IMG/VR virus record: IMGVR_UViG_2757320370_000007
Location: 9,719 to 73,718 of that record
DNA length: 64,000 bases
Source: a virus
Strand: one strand, 5' to 3'
Shown here: positions 1 through 10,548 of the stretch, piece by piece
Layout: each line of letters opens with the position of its first letter
Numbering within the stretch: position 1 is the first letter of the stretch
Translations under genes and position numbers: made by a program
Notes under the pieces: model-generated
The model's input: only the letters and a program-made list of their open reading frames with translations
What the model was told of the DNA's origin: nothing
Databases searched by the model: none

Positions 1-1559
1 GATGTTTCTTTGAGAACCATCAAATCACCAATGGCAAAAACATTTCTATTGAATCCAACCATACGACTAATCATATCAAGTAGCATCATGGCTCTTCCTT
101 CGGTGCTTTGTAATTCTGTGTTTGATAAAGATGCTCTAATTTTAGTTTTTTCAGTAAGTTGTGAGATATGGACAATGCTTTGTTCTTTTCCTAAAAGTTC
201 AAGAACACTGCTTTCAAACTTATTTCTCGATACGATGATTTTTAGTTTATAATATTCAGCAATCTTAAATTTGTCCTCTTGTTCAATTACTTGATCAAAC
301 CCTAACCAAAACACTGGCTCGGAGTCAAAATCAATTTGTTTACCCTTCTTCTCTTCTAGTTTATCTCCATCAATTTCAGGTTCGCTTCGTCCACCAGAGC
401 TACCTTCGTCCCCTCTCCAAGACCGAACGCCTTCTGCTTGTGGGGCTTTACTTTTTACATCTGATTCTATCTCAATTTCGTCGTAATTAGACTCTGATTG
501 TTTTGCTGCCTTAGAGTTAAGAAATACTTCATACTGGTTGATTGTTTTCATTTCTACATTGTCGCGTTTAGCCAGTGCAATACCACTCAGGTATTTTGAG
601 TCCTTTTCATCTTCGGTGTTAAAAATCAAGAATGTCATTTCATTCTTCAATTTTTCTTTGTCTGCATAGTAAGAAATTGAGTCAATATGATTATCTATGT
701 ATTTTTGTTCTCCGGTTAGGAAACTGTTATTTGCTAGTTCTTGAATATATGTTTTAACACTTTTCAAGAAATCATAATATTTATTATCTCTGATAATATC
801 TTTGCGATCAGGAGAGGTTAGATTAAGCGTTTTATCTGTGATGTGTAAGTCGCCTTTTACATAGTAGAGATTTTCAAGTTTAGTTACGAAACGCCCCTTA
901 TAAAATACATTCAAATCTTGACAAAATCCGGTATGTAGAGCAATCCAACCTTTAAGCGTTTCATCGTTTATTTTACTATTAAACACACTTCCATCACCTT
1001 CGGTTAAATCCTTCTTTTCTTGGAGTTTACCATCGCAATAAATATCCAACTCATGAATATATTTACCAAGCATCTCCACTCGTTCTCGAATGCTTGATGA
1101 ACTTACTTGACTAAAATCAAAGTTATTTAAGATTAGTTTAAAACCATCGTATGTATCACCAATATCATTTACTTCAATCTCAGTCTTATTATTCTGGATC
1201 ATATCGGAAACGTTAAAGATGATATGCTTGTTACCTGTAAACACTTCAATATAGTCGCTCACCGTAATATTGCTAAAGAATCCCATTCCGAAAGGTGATT
1301 CTGATTTTTGAATGTCTTCATCCCATTCCGATTCAGCGATTGAGAATAGTGCTTGTGGATTAAGAAGAATCTTGCCGTTATTTTCAATGGTAACTTTGTC
1401 GTTGTAATAATCGACACTAACCTTTACCTCGGTGGCTTTTGCACGTTGAGCATTTTGAATATCTTCATCTAGAAATGAAAGTTTGTCTTTGAACGTACTT
1501 TGGCGCAAGAGTTTTAACTGATTGATTACATTTACCTTAACTTCTACTGGATTTGTCAT
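1..1559 (-). CDS. GHKL (HATPase_c) ATPase domain protein, runs off the window start (not in ORF track)
   Basis: ATG at 1559 after AGGAG; MTNPVEVKVNVINQLKLLRQSTF..LDEDIQNAQRA (N box)..IENNG (G1)..SPFGMGFF (G2); same frame is open at base 1. Confidence 0.75.
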   Translation of the reverse strand, partial: MTNPVEVKVNVINQLKLLRQSTFKDKLSFLDEDIQNAQRAKATEVKVSVDYYNDKVTIENNGKILLNPQALFSIAESEWDEDIQKSESPFGMGFFSNITVSDYIEVFTGNKHIIFNVSDMIQNNKTEIEVNDIGDTYDGFKLILNNFDFSQVSSSSIRERVEMLGKYIHELDIYCDGKLQEKKDLTEGDGSVFNSKINDETLKGWIALHTGFCQDLNVFYKGRFVTKLENLYYVKGDLHITDKTLNLTSPDRKDIIRDNKYYDFLKSVKTYIQELANNSFLTGEQKYIDNHIDSISYYADKEKLKNEMTFLIFNTEDEKDSKYLSGIALAKRDNVEMKTINQYEVFLNSKAAKQSESNYDEIEIESDVKSKAPQAEGVRSWRGDEGSSGGRSEPEIDGDKLEEKKGKQIDFDSEPVFWLGFDQVIEQEDKFKIAEYYKLKIIVSRNKFESSVLELLGKEQSIVHISQLTEKTKIRASLSNTELQSTEGRAMMLLDMISRMVGFNRNVFAIGDLMVLKET

Positions 1560-2930
1560 TTAGTTCTCCTCTTATTAATATTTTTAGTCTATATAATCTA
1601 CCGCCGACCGGAAAATCTCATCAAAAAACTCATTGTTTCCTGCATATCCACTCATATATGACAACATACTTATTAAATCTTCATTGCTTTTTTTAAGAAT
1701 GATCTCATTCATTCTTATTTCATGAAGATCAACATCCTCTACCAACGAGTCATTTTCATTTTGCTATTCTCATAGTTTTGTTTTATCTCCTTTAAGTTAT
1801 TATTTAACCGAACAATCTCTTCATCCTTCTCCTTTAGTTTCTTCTGATAATACTCAATTTCACATCCAATACATTGTCCATAAATGTATGCTGGGTTATC
1901 TTGATGTGTCTTGCATACTTTTGACATATGTTCTCCTCCTTATGAATCAGGTATTTGATCAAGAATTTTACTCTTCTTCAATATAAGTTAGTAGATACTT
2001 TACATCCTTTTTAATATTCTTACTCTGAACATTCATGATCTGCTGTGCCAATTCAAAACTGATTAATTTTTGATGAGCCATTTCTGAAACGTTGTTCATT
2101 AGGTGAGCATAGTCATAAATGTTCTTTGCACAGCCAGTAAGGTACTTCATCTCTGATTTTGATGGTGACAACATAACATTTTCTATTTGTTGCTCTTCCG
2201 CAATTTTATTGATTGCATTGCTCCAATCAGTGATATCTGCACTCGTTTTATTATTTCGCTTAGTCATTATGCGCTCCCCCATCTTTTGATAAATCTAGAC
2301 TTTCATTAGAATATTAATACCATTCCTCTTCTTCTGAAAAAGCATTGTAATTAACGTTTATTTTCGTATAATCACTAACCTTTCTCTCTGCTACATTACT
2401 TCCCAATTCTCGATGATACTGACAGGACTCATCTTTATGTATGCATATCTGATTGTTCCACATTAATCCTTCTGATGCAGTTCCTTTATGACTCCAATGT
2501 GATTCTGCTGAATAATGTTTGCTTGGATAGCCCCATCCAATACCTACATCACATACCAGCGTCTTTTTGAAAATTTCTTTTTTCACAAACACGTCTGCGT
2601 CTTGTTTAGACTCATTACACTTATTTTGCCAATATGTGCAAAATACATAATCGTCATTACCACTTTTGTTAGCGTAAATGCAAGTTGAACAATTCAAGAT
2701 TCTTTCTCCTCCTTCAGCTTCTTAATGTCCCTAAGTAACACTCTGATAAATCTATCTCCGTCAGATGCTCCCCATTCCTTGCCATTCACCAATAGCGTTA
2801 CCCAATTTCCATCATCAACATATTTATAAGTACTACCATTGTTTGCGATGGTCTCATACTCAAAAGTTTCTTTAAATCTGCTCATCATTTTCTCCTTTAG
2901 TGTTTTAATAAAACTTGTCTTTGATTAACT

Positions 2931-3776
2931 CTACTTTCGATACACAATCCATTCGCCACAATCAATCTTCTGTTGTGCTTCTTCTTCTGCTACTGGTCTA
3001 CCCGATCCATCCGCATAGATACAACGAACCTTTCCTGTCTCATATCCATCGAAATCACGATCCCACGAAATCAGCATCTTACCAACAATACGACTATAAA
3101 CAAACTCACATCCATCAATATCTGTGATATCGAAGTTTTCCACCTGACTCATGTCGCTCCCTTCCTTATTTCCTAATGCTACTCTAGCTCGTTTTCCTAT
3201 ATCACGATCCATCAGAGAGAAGAATATTCCACCTTCATATTCGCCCTGTTCCCAGTTGAGAGAATTCGCATACCACATTAAAGACTCTTCTAACCTCATA
3301 GCCCTTTCGTACTGATCGAAGTGCATTTTTTCAAACTCACATCCCTCGTCCTGTAAATGGGCTATGGTCTGCTGTGCCTCTGCCAATCGTTGAGCTAGTT
3401 CTAACGTCTCGTTGTAGTAGTTTTTATAATTGATCGCAGCAATGTTTCGCTGTTGTTGTGCCTCTTCCACCTCTCGTTTCAGCCGTGCGTTTATCTCACG
3501 GAGATGTTGATTATGGGCACGCTCATTGTGGTAGGCATCAAGCAATCTGCGTTTAGGCTGGTCAAGGGCTTGTTTTGCCTCTGTCAATCTACCTTCAAGC
3601 CTTGTTCCAATGTCTAGAGACTCTTTAAGCATCCATTCGCGTTTCGTTAGTTGTTGCTCCGCCTCTTCTAAAGCAGCCAGCAGTTTTACTGTTAATTCAT
3701 AGTGTTCAACGTCGCTAAAATCCCATTTTCTTTCCAATGTGTATTCTTTGTACTTTTTGAATTCTTCCGGTATCAT
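2931..3776 (-). CDS. Coiled-coil phage protein, apparently fused in frame to a second small gene starting at 3152
   Basis: Repeated EAQQ/EAEQQ helices; internal AAGGAAGGGAG RBS before MSQVENF. Confidence 0.6.
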   Translation of the reverse strand: MIPEEFKKYKEYTLERKWDFSDVEHYELTVKLLAALEEAEQQLTKREWMLKESLDIGTRLEGRLTEAKQALDQPKRRLLDAYHNERAHNQHLREINARLKREVEEAQQQRNIAAINYKNYYNETLELAQRLAEAQQTIAHLQDEGCEFEKMHFDQYERAMRLEESLMWYANSLNWEQGEYEGGIFFSLMDRDIGKRARVALGNKEGSDMSQVENFDITDIDGCEFVYSRIVGKMLISWDRDFDGYETGKVRCIYADGSGRPVAEEEAQQKIDCGEWIVYRK

Positions 3777-4273
3777 TTAGTTTTCTCCTTTTTGTTCATC
3801 AAATTATGTTTTTATGTATTTTCAGACTACAATTTTATAAAACTTCCGTTCATATGACTGTTTGCGATCCTCAGAAACATAAGCGTAATCACTATTTTTA
3901 CTCATATTGACAACCGTATCTCCTGAAACAACAAACTGTAAATTATGATATTGAACGATTCTGTAAGGATATGTATTAGTTACTCTTCCAGTTTCAACTG
4001 CACGTTTAATTTTGAAATCAATTTGATCATATGTATCACATTTATGAGCACTATATGGACAAAGTTCCTGATATTGTTCTCGAACCAATTGTTTAATCTT
4101 CATTGATCAATTCCTCCATTCGAATGAATTTTTCTTTGTCGTATTCACTGAAGGTAGACTCTATATTTTGGTCAAACTTCCCTTGATTATATGCCATTTG
4201 ATAATGGTGTCTTCTGATTACATCAAATCGACTGGACCAAATATACGAACAACTAAATTATCGATAATCTTTT

Positions 4274-4825
4274 TCATTGCGCAATAGCCACCTCCATCAG
4301 ATTTGTTTCTCCAAACATTTGAGCTAACGCATTTGCAATTTGATTTGCCATATCCATGACCAAACTAAGTCTTGTATTTTGTAGAACAAAGTATTCCATA
4401 TATCCTCCAACATTTACAATTCCGCTAATACTATAATCACCCACCCTGCCTAGATCCTTTCCGACTCCAGCACCAGGAGATATACCGCCCTTAAATACTT
4501 CGATTACTCCAACAGAGGATGAGTTTCCCAGGCAAGCATCAATTGCGATTATGGTTTTATCTAAAGGGATAGAATCAACTTTTTCTTTCAGATTAACTGC
4601 ATGAACTGGATTATGTATTGTACCAAGCACGTTGTCGAATCCTAACTGCTCCAGCATTGTTCCAACCATTGGTCCAAGTGAATCTCCTGTTGATCTGTCC
4701 GTTCCAATGCAGACAAACACGATGTCTTCATTATAAATATCTTTATCAATAACGTGTCTAATCGCTTCAAACAATCCTGTTTTACCTAACTCCACTCTTC
4801 TGAGTCTGGTTCTGTTCTTCTTCAT
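4274..4825 (-). CDS. yyaC: Spore protease YyaC (GPR-like)
   Basis: CIGTDRSTGDSLGP, IAIDACLG, PGAGVGK and LQNTRLSLV motifs. Confidence 0.9.
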   Translation of the reverse strand: MKKNRTRLRRVELGKTGLFEAIRHVIDKDIYNEDIVFVCIGTDRSTGDSLGPMVGTMLEQLGFDNVLGTIHNPVHAVNLKEKVDSIPLDKTIIAIDACLGNSSSVGVIEVFKGGISPGAGVGKDLGRVGDYSISGIVNVGGYMEYFVLQNTRLSLVMDMANQIANALAQMFGETNLMEVAIAQ

Positions 4826-5115
4826 TTAATTTTCCCTCCTGTTATACAAACATCATTATTCACTCTAGACATTTTAAAAGGTCTGTCCGTTGTTGCTTCA
4901 TACTTCAGCAGCTCTTCATATGTATCTTCGGTTGGTTTAAATTTATCGCCATTCTTGGTGATATAATCATGTTTGCTATCAATTATGAAACTGATTGCTC
5001 TTCGCTCATCTTCAACCCAACATTGAGATAGTATTGTTCTGGCTTCATGGCTTAGTTCTGAATTGGTGCTGTTTGTCGAAACAATTGATTCTTCTTTACT
5101 ATTTTTACTTTTAAT
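4822..5115 (-). CDS. Hypothetical protein with ATT start; paralog of 42512..42769 (not in ORF track)
   Basis: AGGAGG-8nt-ATT, 97 open codons, ATGA overlap with yyaC; ELSHEARTILSQCW..PTEDTYEELLKY matches DLSIEAKSVVERCW..PTEDTYNEVLKY. Confidence 0.75.
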   Translation of the reverse strand: MKSKNSKEESIVSTNSTNSELSHEARTILSQCWVEDERRAISFIIDSKHDYITKNGDKFKPTEDTYEELLKYEATTDRPFKMSRVNNDVCITGGKIK

Positions 5116-5172
5116 ATTTATCTCCTCCTATAAAATAAAAGTACAGGCTTTTTGTTTCTTTAACCTGTACTT

Positions 5173-5215
5173 AGTGTAACACTTATTATGTTATTTGTAT
5201 ATATGTTTACTTTAT
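5173..5215 (-). promoter_or_regulatory. Sigma-A-type promoter with repeated AAAGTAAACATAT operator
   Basis: TATACA-17-TACACT (TG-extended) with the motif overlapping the -35. Confidence 0.6.
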
Positions 5216-5218
5216 TAA

Positions 5219-5935
5219 TTATGAGAAATATTTTTCTATCCAAGGATCAACTTCAAGGATTGCTGATTTGATTCCTTCTGCTAGTTGAGTAATTTCATAT
5301 TGAGCACCTTTTCCCGGCTTACGTTTAGAATAAAAGTCTAGAAGAGTGCGTAGATTACCCGTCATTACGATGTTTGTTGTGGCTGCGTTAGGGAGAACCA
5401 TTCGAGCATCTTCTGCTGGCACTCCACATTCACGCAACTCATCGTAAACACCCTGCAAATCATTCAGAGCCACTTCGTAGATTCTGTATGCATCCGCATT
5501 GTCATCAATAGATCGTGGTACTACGTGTTCAAAACCTCCACTTTTATCATTACTGCCCAATCTAACATAACGTTGACTTTGGACACTAAACGATAAATGT
5601 CTATGACGAGTCAATTGAGCAAGTAGAGCACGGCTAACTCCTTCTAACGCAAATGTATATGTTAAATGCTCAAGCGTACTGGTGTGCCCTGAACCAGTTA
5701 TATGGCGAAATAGACGGTCTGCTTCAGTTCCACCTTGACCGTCAGTAGCTTTGTTCCCAAAGTATTTTTTACCTTCTAGAGAAATAATTTCAGACGGTTT
5801 ATTAGGGCTATAGCAACATCGAATAGCGCTAAGAGCAATTGCCGCTCGTTCATTATATTCAAAGTCAATATTATATTTAATTTCCTCTTTAAATGACTCT
5901 GAAAGTTGAGTATGTGCGATAAGTTTAATAATCAT
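5219..5935 (-). CDS. thyX: FAD-dependent thymidylate synthase
   Basis: GHTSTLEH, RHRHLSFSVQSQRY and EDARMVLP motifs. Confidence 0.95.
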   Translation of the reverse strand: MIIKLIAHTQLSESFKEEIKYNIDFEYNERAAIALSAIRCCYSPNKPSEIISLEGKKYFGNKATDGQGGTEADRLFRHITGSGHTSTLEHLTYTFALEGVSRALLAQLTRHRHLSFSVQSQRYVRLGSNDKSGGFEHVVPRSIDDNADAYRIYEVALNDLQGVYDELRECGVPAEDARMVLPNAATTNIVMTGNLRTLLDFYSKRKPGKGAQYEITQLAEGIKSAILEVDPWIEKYFS

Positions 5936-5965
5936 TTATTAACTCCCTTAAATTTAGTTTAGATA

Positions 5966-5990
5966 AAAAGGCGATGGATTATCCACCGCC
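5966..5990 (-). terminator. Probable intrinsic terminator
   Basis: GGCGGTGGA-TAA-TCCATCGCC followed by TTTT on the minus strand. Confidence 0.55.
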
Positions 5991-6001
5991 AGATATAATG
6001 C

Positions 6002-6547
6002 TTACTCGAATCTCTTTGCTCCAAGCTCAATTTGATTGTTTGCCTCAATTAGAATCTTTGGTTCTGGAGCATGATCATTTTCCCAGTTATCGGGCTTAAC
6101 AACTTTACCAACTTCATTATAATGTGGCTCCCCATCGGGAAATATTTTTCCCATATTGGCCTTATGCACCAGATTAAAAATCTTATCCGGGATGATGCCT
6201 GTCTCAACAAAACCGCCATTTGCGAAATATAAAATATCAGTAAATGCATCAATTTGACCAATTAGTTTGTTGTCAGGGAATGGTTTCTTGAGTTGCTTAT
6301 CATATGTTTTCTCTGCATTGAGGATTAGTTCTGCAAAGAATCTATCGAAACGCTCCTTGTCTCCCGCTGTTGCGTATAGCAGCTCGATTACTTCCTCAAG
6401 AATAAATGAAGCTCGATTCATTGAAAGCTTATCAGAAAGTTCAGTTGGGACTTCTGGGGCAGGACAATTGAATGCTTGGTGAAACTCACGGACTTGTTCG
6501 AATTGAGTTTTTTCTGCTTGAAATGGTTGTTTTATCATGTCTGTCAT
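6002..6547 (-). CDS. All-alpha NTP pyrophosphatase (MazG/dUTPase-like, PRA-PH family)
   Basis: VREFHQAF, ILEEVIE, IDAFTDILYF, VHKANMGK and GKVVKP motifs. Confidence 0.8.
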   Translation of the reverse strand: MTDMIKQPFQAEKTQFEQVREFHQAFNCPAPEVPTELSDKLSMNRASFILEEVIELLYATAGDKERFDRFFAELILNAEKTYDKQLKKPFPDNKLIGQIDAFTDILYFANGGFVETGIIPDKIFNLVHKANMGKIFPDGEPHYNEVGKVVKPDNWENDHAPEPKILIEANNQIELGAKRFE

Positions 6548-6584
6548 ATTTGTTATTTTTCTCCCTTTTTTATGTTTATTTTAA

Positions 6585-7562
6585 TTAATTCGAGAAGTAA
6601 AAATCCTCATCCTTCAGTGCTTCTGTAACCGCTTTTTGATATGAATTTCCTTTTAACGAGAAGAAGTCCATAGACTTTGTTTTTGTATCTAGTCCATTAA
6701 TTACAATCTGATTAACTTCTTCTTCATCAAAGTAATTATCGAAGCCAAGGTTTTGTAATGCCTTATTCGCATTGTATCTCAAGAACTTTTTAACATCGTG
6801 GGTCAATCCAAGTCCATCATATAAATCCTCGGTATATCCCAACTCATTATTATAAAGTTGTTTTAGCAATTCGATAGAAAAATCATTCAACTCAATCTTA
6901 ACTACATCTGATTGTTTATTGTAGATTTCCTGTGCGAGTAATCCGATGTACACTCCGTGGATTGCCTCGTCTCGAATTATCAGATTAATAATTTCTCCAC
7001 TTTGCATCATTCTTCCTTGACCATAACAGAGTAATGGATAGTAGAACCCGCTGTAAAATAAAAAACTTTCGAGATAAACAGATGCCACCATTGCCTTGTA
7101 GAGAGAAATTTCATCTTCAGATTTAACATCGTTATAAATATCTACAATGATGTTGGCCTTCCTCTGAAGGTATTTGTTATCCTTAACCCACTGGAACAAA
7201 TCTTTAATTTCTTCACTTGGGGAAAGAGTCATAAAGATATTTGAATATGATTTAGCATGAACAGCATTCTCCATCATTGCCATAAAGTTTAGAACTGCTT
7301 TTCGTTGATGTCCTTCTACTTGTCCTGCGATTAATGGCATACCAGTGTTCCCTTGTTCAGTATCAAGTAATGTTAGCCCTGCTAAGGCTTTTTTATATGT
7401 TTCTTTTTCTTGTAGGTTCAAAGACTTCCAAATCAACAAGTCAGAGTTGAGGCTGATTTCTTCCGGTAGCCAAAACTGTCTTACATTTTGATTGTAAAAC
7501 ATCTGTGTAAATGAGTCTTCTTCTGAAGACCAATCAGCAGCATCATATATTTTCTTATTCAA
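6585..7562 (-). CDS. nrdF: Class Ib ribonucleotide reductase beta subunit
   Basis: [32 protein letters not shown]; likely TTG start at 7562 after AAGGAG. Confidence 0.95.
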   Translation of the reverse strand: MNKKIYDAADWSSEEDSFTQMFYNQNVRQFWLPEEISLNSDLLIWKSLNLQEKETYKKALAGLTLLDTEQGNTGMPLIAGQVEGHQRKAVLNFMAMMENAVHAKSYSNIFMTLSPSEEIKDLFQWVKDNKYLQRKANIIVDIYNDVKSEDEISLYKAMVASVYLESFLFYSGFYYPLLCYGQGRMMQSGEIINLIIRDEAIHGVYIGLLAQEIYNKQSDVVKIELNDFSIELLKQLYNNELGYTEDLYDGLGLTHDVKKFLRYNANKALQNLGFDNYFDEEEVNQIVINGLDTKTKSMDFFSLKGNSYQKAVTEALKDEDFYFSN

Positions 7563-7581
7563 TAGATTAATCTCCTTTATA

Positions 7582-9678
7582 TTAGACTGAGCAAGATAAA
7601 CAATCATCTCTAGTAGTATCTTTTGTTCGCATGTAATAAAGTGTTTTAATTCCTTTGTGGTGGGCGTATAGGTCGATTCGATTTAAATCTCTAGTTGTAT
7701 GAGTATCTTTTAGAAATAGTGTGAAACTAATGCCCTGGTCAACGTGCTGCTGAATCGTAGCAATCATATCTACAACTTTAAACATATCCATATCATAAGC
7801 TTCTTTATAGAAAAACCAAGTCTCAGGAGACAGATAAGGCATTGGATAGTATGTCTTGGAGTTTCCATAAGTACGTTCCTCAATACGTTCCATAATAGGC
7901 ATTACGGAGGCTGTAGATGATTGAACATATGAGATGCTTCCTGTGGGTGCAATAGCTAGACGATAAGAATGACGTAGGCCGTGCTTCATTACTTGGATCT
8001 TAAGTTGTTCCCAGTCTGTAACTGATGGAATAGTCATGCCTTCAAATAGAGATTTGATCTTATCAAACTTCGGAGAATAATCATTTTCCAAATACTTATT
8101 AAAATAATTTCCCGAAGCATACTCACTGTCTTCGAATCTATAAAACTTCTTACCCGTCCCCTTAGCAATCTCCATCGAACGCTTAATGGAGTAGTAATTG
8201 ACCATCATAAAGAATGTATTTGCAAAATCTCTTCCCTGTTCACTTTCATAAGAGACTTTATTTTTTGCCAAATAACCATGAAGATTCATCGCGCCTAGAC
8301 CAATTGAAGTCATTAATTTGTTGGCTTTACTAACTGCTGGAGCATTCTTAATATCTGTCTTCTCAGAAACAACAGTTAATGCATCAACACCAATTCCAAC
8401 TGTCTCTGCTATTGACTTATTTTCCATTACATTAACAATATTGATTGAACTCAGATTACAAGACACATCAAGACCAAGCTCATCCTCTTCTTTGTAGTCA
8501 TGATAACTAGACACATCTGTCAGTTGGAGAATTTCCACGCATAAATTAGAAAACTTAACTTTGCCGATCTCTTTAAGTGCATGAACAGCATTTACATTAT
8601 CCTCAAACATGATGTATGGATATCCAGATTCAAATCTCAATGCAGCCATCTTCTCCAACAGTTTACGTGGATTAACTTTATCTTTTCTTACATTGGGATT
8701 TTCGGCTAATTTATCATACATTTTGTTCAGATCCATATCATCAAGATGTTGACCATATTCTTTATAAACTGTATATGGATAGAATATATACGCATCCTTA
8801 TCTTCTCTGGCTAGTTCGATAAATTTGTCTGGAATGACTACTCCAATGGATAAAGTTTTCACACGAACATCTTCATCGGCGCTTATTTTTTTGGTGTCAA
8901 GAAAGTCGTTAATATCAGCATGAAATACATTTAAATATGTCGCTCCACTTCCTTGTCTCTGTCCCATCTGATCTGCATAGCGAAATGCGTTATCCAGTAG
9001 TTTCATTACCCCTACTACACCCTTAGTGGCATTCTCAATCCCTTTAATGGCCTCTCCTTTTGCTCTAATTTTAGAAAGATTGATCGAAACACCACCACCC
9101 ACCTTACTAAGTTGCATCGACATATCAACTGCTTTTGAGATGTCATTGAGTGAATCATTTACCTCCATCAAGAAGCAACTAACCAACTCTCCTCTACGCT
9201 TACGACCAGCATTAAGAAATGAAGGTGTGCTCGGCTGTATCTCTTGATTGATCAGTGCTTTGACTAATTTCTGTGCTTTAATGTAGTCTCCATCTGCTAA
9301 ATAAAGTGCAACAATTGAAACCCTATCTTCATATCGTTCAAGAATTTTCTTCTTGTCATTAGTCTTTAATGCATAGTCATTGTAGAATTTAAATGCACTC
9401 ATGAAAGATGAGAATCTAAATTTCTTAGAATATGCGATCTCAAAGATATTTTTAATCTGTTCATATGTATACTTGCTCAAAAATTCTTCTTCGTAATATT
9501 CGCTTTCAATCAGATAATTAAGTTTCTCCTTGAGGTTATGGAAGAAAACTGTGTTTTGATTAATGTAATCAATAAAATAACTCTTTACTGCTTCTTTGTC
9601 TTTATTAAATTGATACTGACCATTTTGCTGAATCATAATCTCATTGTTAAGATTGATATATTTATTTGTGTTAGACAA
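7582..9678 (-). CDS. nrdE: Class Ib ribonucleotide reductase alpha subunit
   Basis: LVSCF, GGGVS, SNLCVE, APTGSIS, KTLYY and C-terminal CLSC; no intein or intron. Confidence 0.95.
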   Translation of the reverse strand: MSNTNKYINLNNEIMIQQNGQYQFNKDKEAVKSYFIDYINQNTVFFHNLKEKLNYLIESEYYEEEFLSKYTYEQIKNIFEIAYSKKFRFSSFMSAFKFYNDYALKTNDKKKILERYEDRVSIVALYLADGDYIKAQKLVKALINQEIQPSTPSFLNAGRKRRGELVSCFLMEVNDSLNDISKAVDMSMQLSKVGGGVSINLSKIRAKGEAIKGIENATKGVVGVMKLLDNAFRYADQMGQRQGSGATYLNVFHADINDFLDTKKISADEDVRVKTLSIGVVIPDKFIELAREDKDAYIFYPYTVYKEYGQHLDDMDLNKMYDKLAENPNVRKDKVNPRKLLEKMAALRFESGYPYIMFEDNVNAVHALKEIGKVKFSNLCVEILQLTDVSSYHDYKEEDELGLDVSCNLSSINIVNVMENKSIAETVGIGVDALTVVSEKTDIKNAPAVSKANKLMTSIGLGAMNLHGYLAKNKVSYESEQGRDFANTFFMMVNYYSIKRSMEIAKGTGKKFYRFEDSEYASGNYFNKYLENDYSPKFDKIKSLFEGMTIPSVTDWEQLKIQVMKHGLRHSYRLAIAPTGSISYVQSSTASVMPIMERIEERTYGNSKTYYPMPYLSPETWFFYKEAYDMDMFKVVDMIATIQQHVDQGISFTLFLKDTHTTRDLNRIDLYAHHKGIKTLYYMRTKDTTRDDCLSCSV

Positions 9679-10033
9679 TATTTAATGCCTCCTGTTTTAT
9701 CTTTTCTACGTCTTTTTTATTTCCCGATAGTTCAAACTTATGTAACAGAGGTACTTCGTATTGTTTTGAAATTGTTTCTGCTGCACCGCAGAAGAATTTT
9801 CCCCAATTCATGTTGCCACTTCCGATTACACCTTTAATGTTTTTGTTATTTAGAGATAGAAAACGATCAACAGATTTTGGAACTTCTCCAAATCCAGTTG
9901 TGTATGTAATTAATACAAATGGTTCGTGGACTATTAAATCAGGAGTAATTTTGATACTTTTCATGTCTAACTTGTCAACAAACCTTTGGACATTTCCTGT
10001 CAACGAATCATAAACAGTGAGTAATTTAACCAC
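9671..10033 (-). CDS. nrdI: Flavodoxin-like NrdI
   Basis: YDSLTGNV, TYTTGFGEVP, GSGNMNWG, KFELSG. Confidence 0.95.
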   Translation of the reverse strand: MVKLLTVYDSLTGNVQRFVDKLDMKSIKITPDLIVHEPFVLITYTTGFGEVPKSVDRFLSLNNKNIKGVIGSGNMNWGKFFCGAAETISKQYEVPLLHKFELSGNKKDVEKIKQEALNIV

Positions 10034-10038
10034 CTCCT

Positions 10039-10548
10039 CTATTTATCTAAAGATAGAAGAATTGCCTTTCCACATTCTAAACTTTCTTTAACGTCCAATA
10101 TTCTCTGATTCCGACTTCCAGCAAATTTAATTGTAGTGTCCCTCAGTCCAATTTCAAACTTCCCATCAACCAAAACATCGCACATTTCCAATAATTTATA
10201 TTTGTTATCTTTCTTGCCCATCAATTGTTCAATCGTGAACCCCGTATATACCCATATATTAATATCTGGTATTTCATTTTTTAACTTTATTACAAATTTA
10301 ATCACTTCTTTTGCTGAGAAAAAACAATCACCTCCAGAAAGAGTTAATCCAGATAGTAGTGGATTTGACTTAATGTCCTCGATAATTTCTTGTTGCTTAC
10401 TTTCTGTAAATTCTTCTCCATAATTCTTATCATGCGTTTGAGGTGAATGGCATCCAAAACAGTTGTGATAGCAGCCGCTAAAAAACACGACTGCTCTCAA
10501 CCCCTGACCATCAACAATACTTTCCTTTATGTATCCAGAGATATTCAA
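10039..10548 (-). CDS. nrdG: Anaerobic RNR activase (radical SAM)
   Basis: SIVDGQGLR, CYHNCFGC, GSRNQR. Confidence 0.95.
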   Translation of the reverse strand: MNISGYIKESIVDGQGLRAVVFFSGCYHNCFGCHSPQTHDKNYGEEFTESKQQEIIEDIKSNPLLSGLTLSGGDCFFSAKEVIKFVIKLKNEIPDINIWVYTGFTIEQLMGKKDNKYKLLEMCDVLVDGKFEIGLRDTTIKFAGSRNQRILDVKESLECGKAILLSLDK

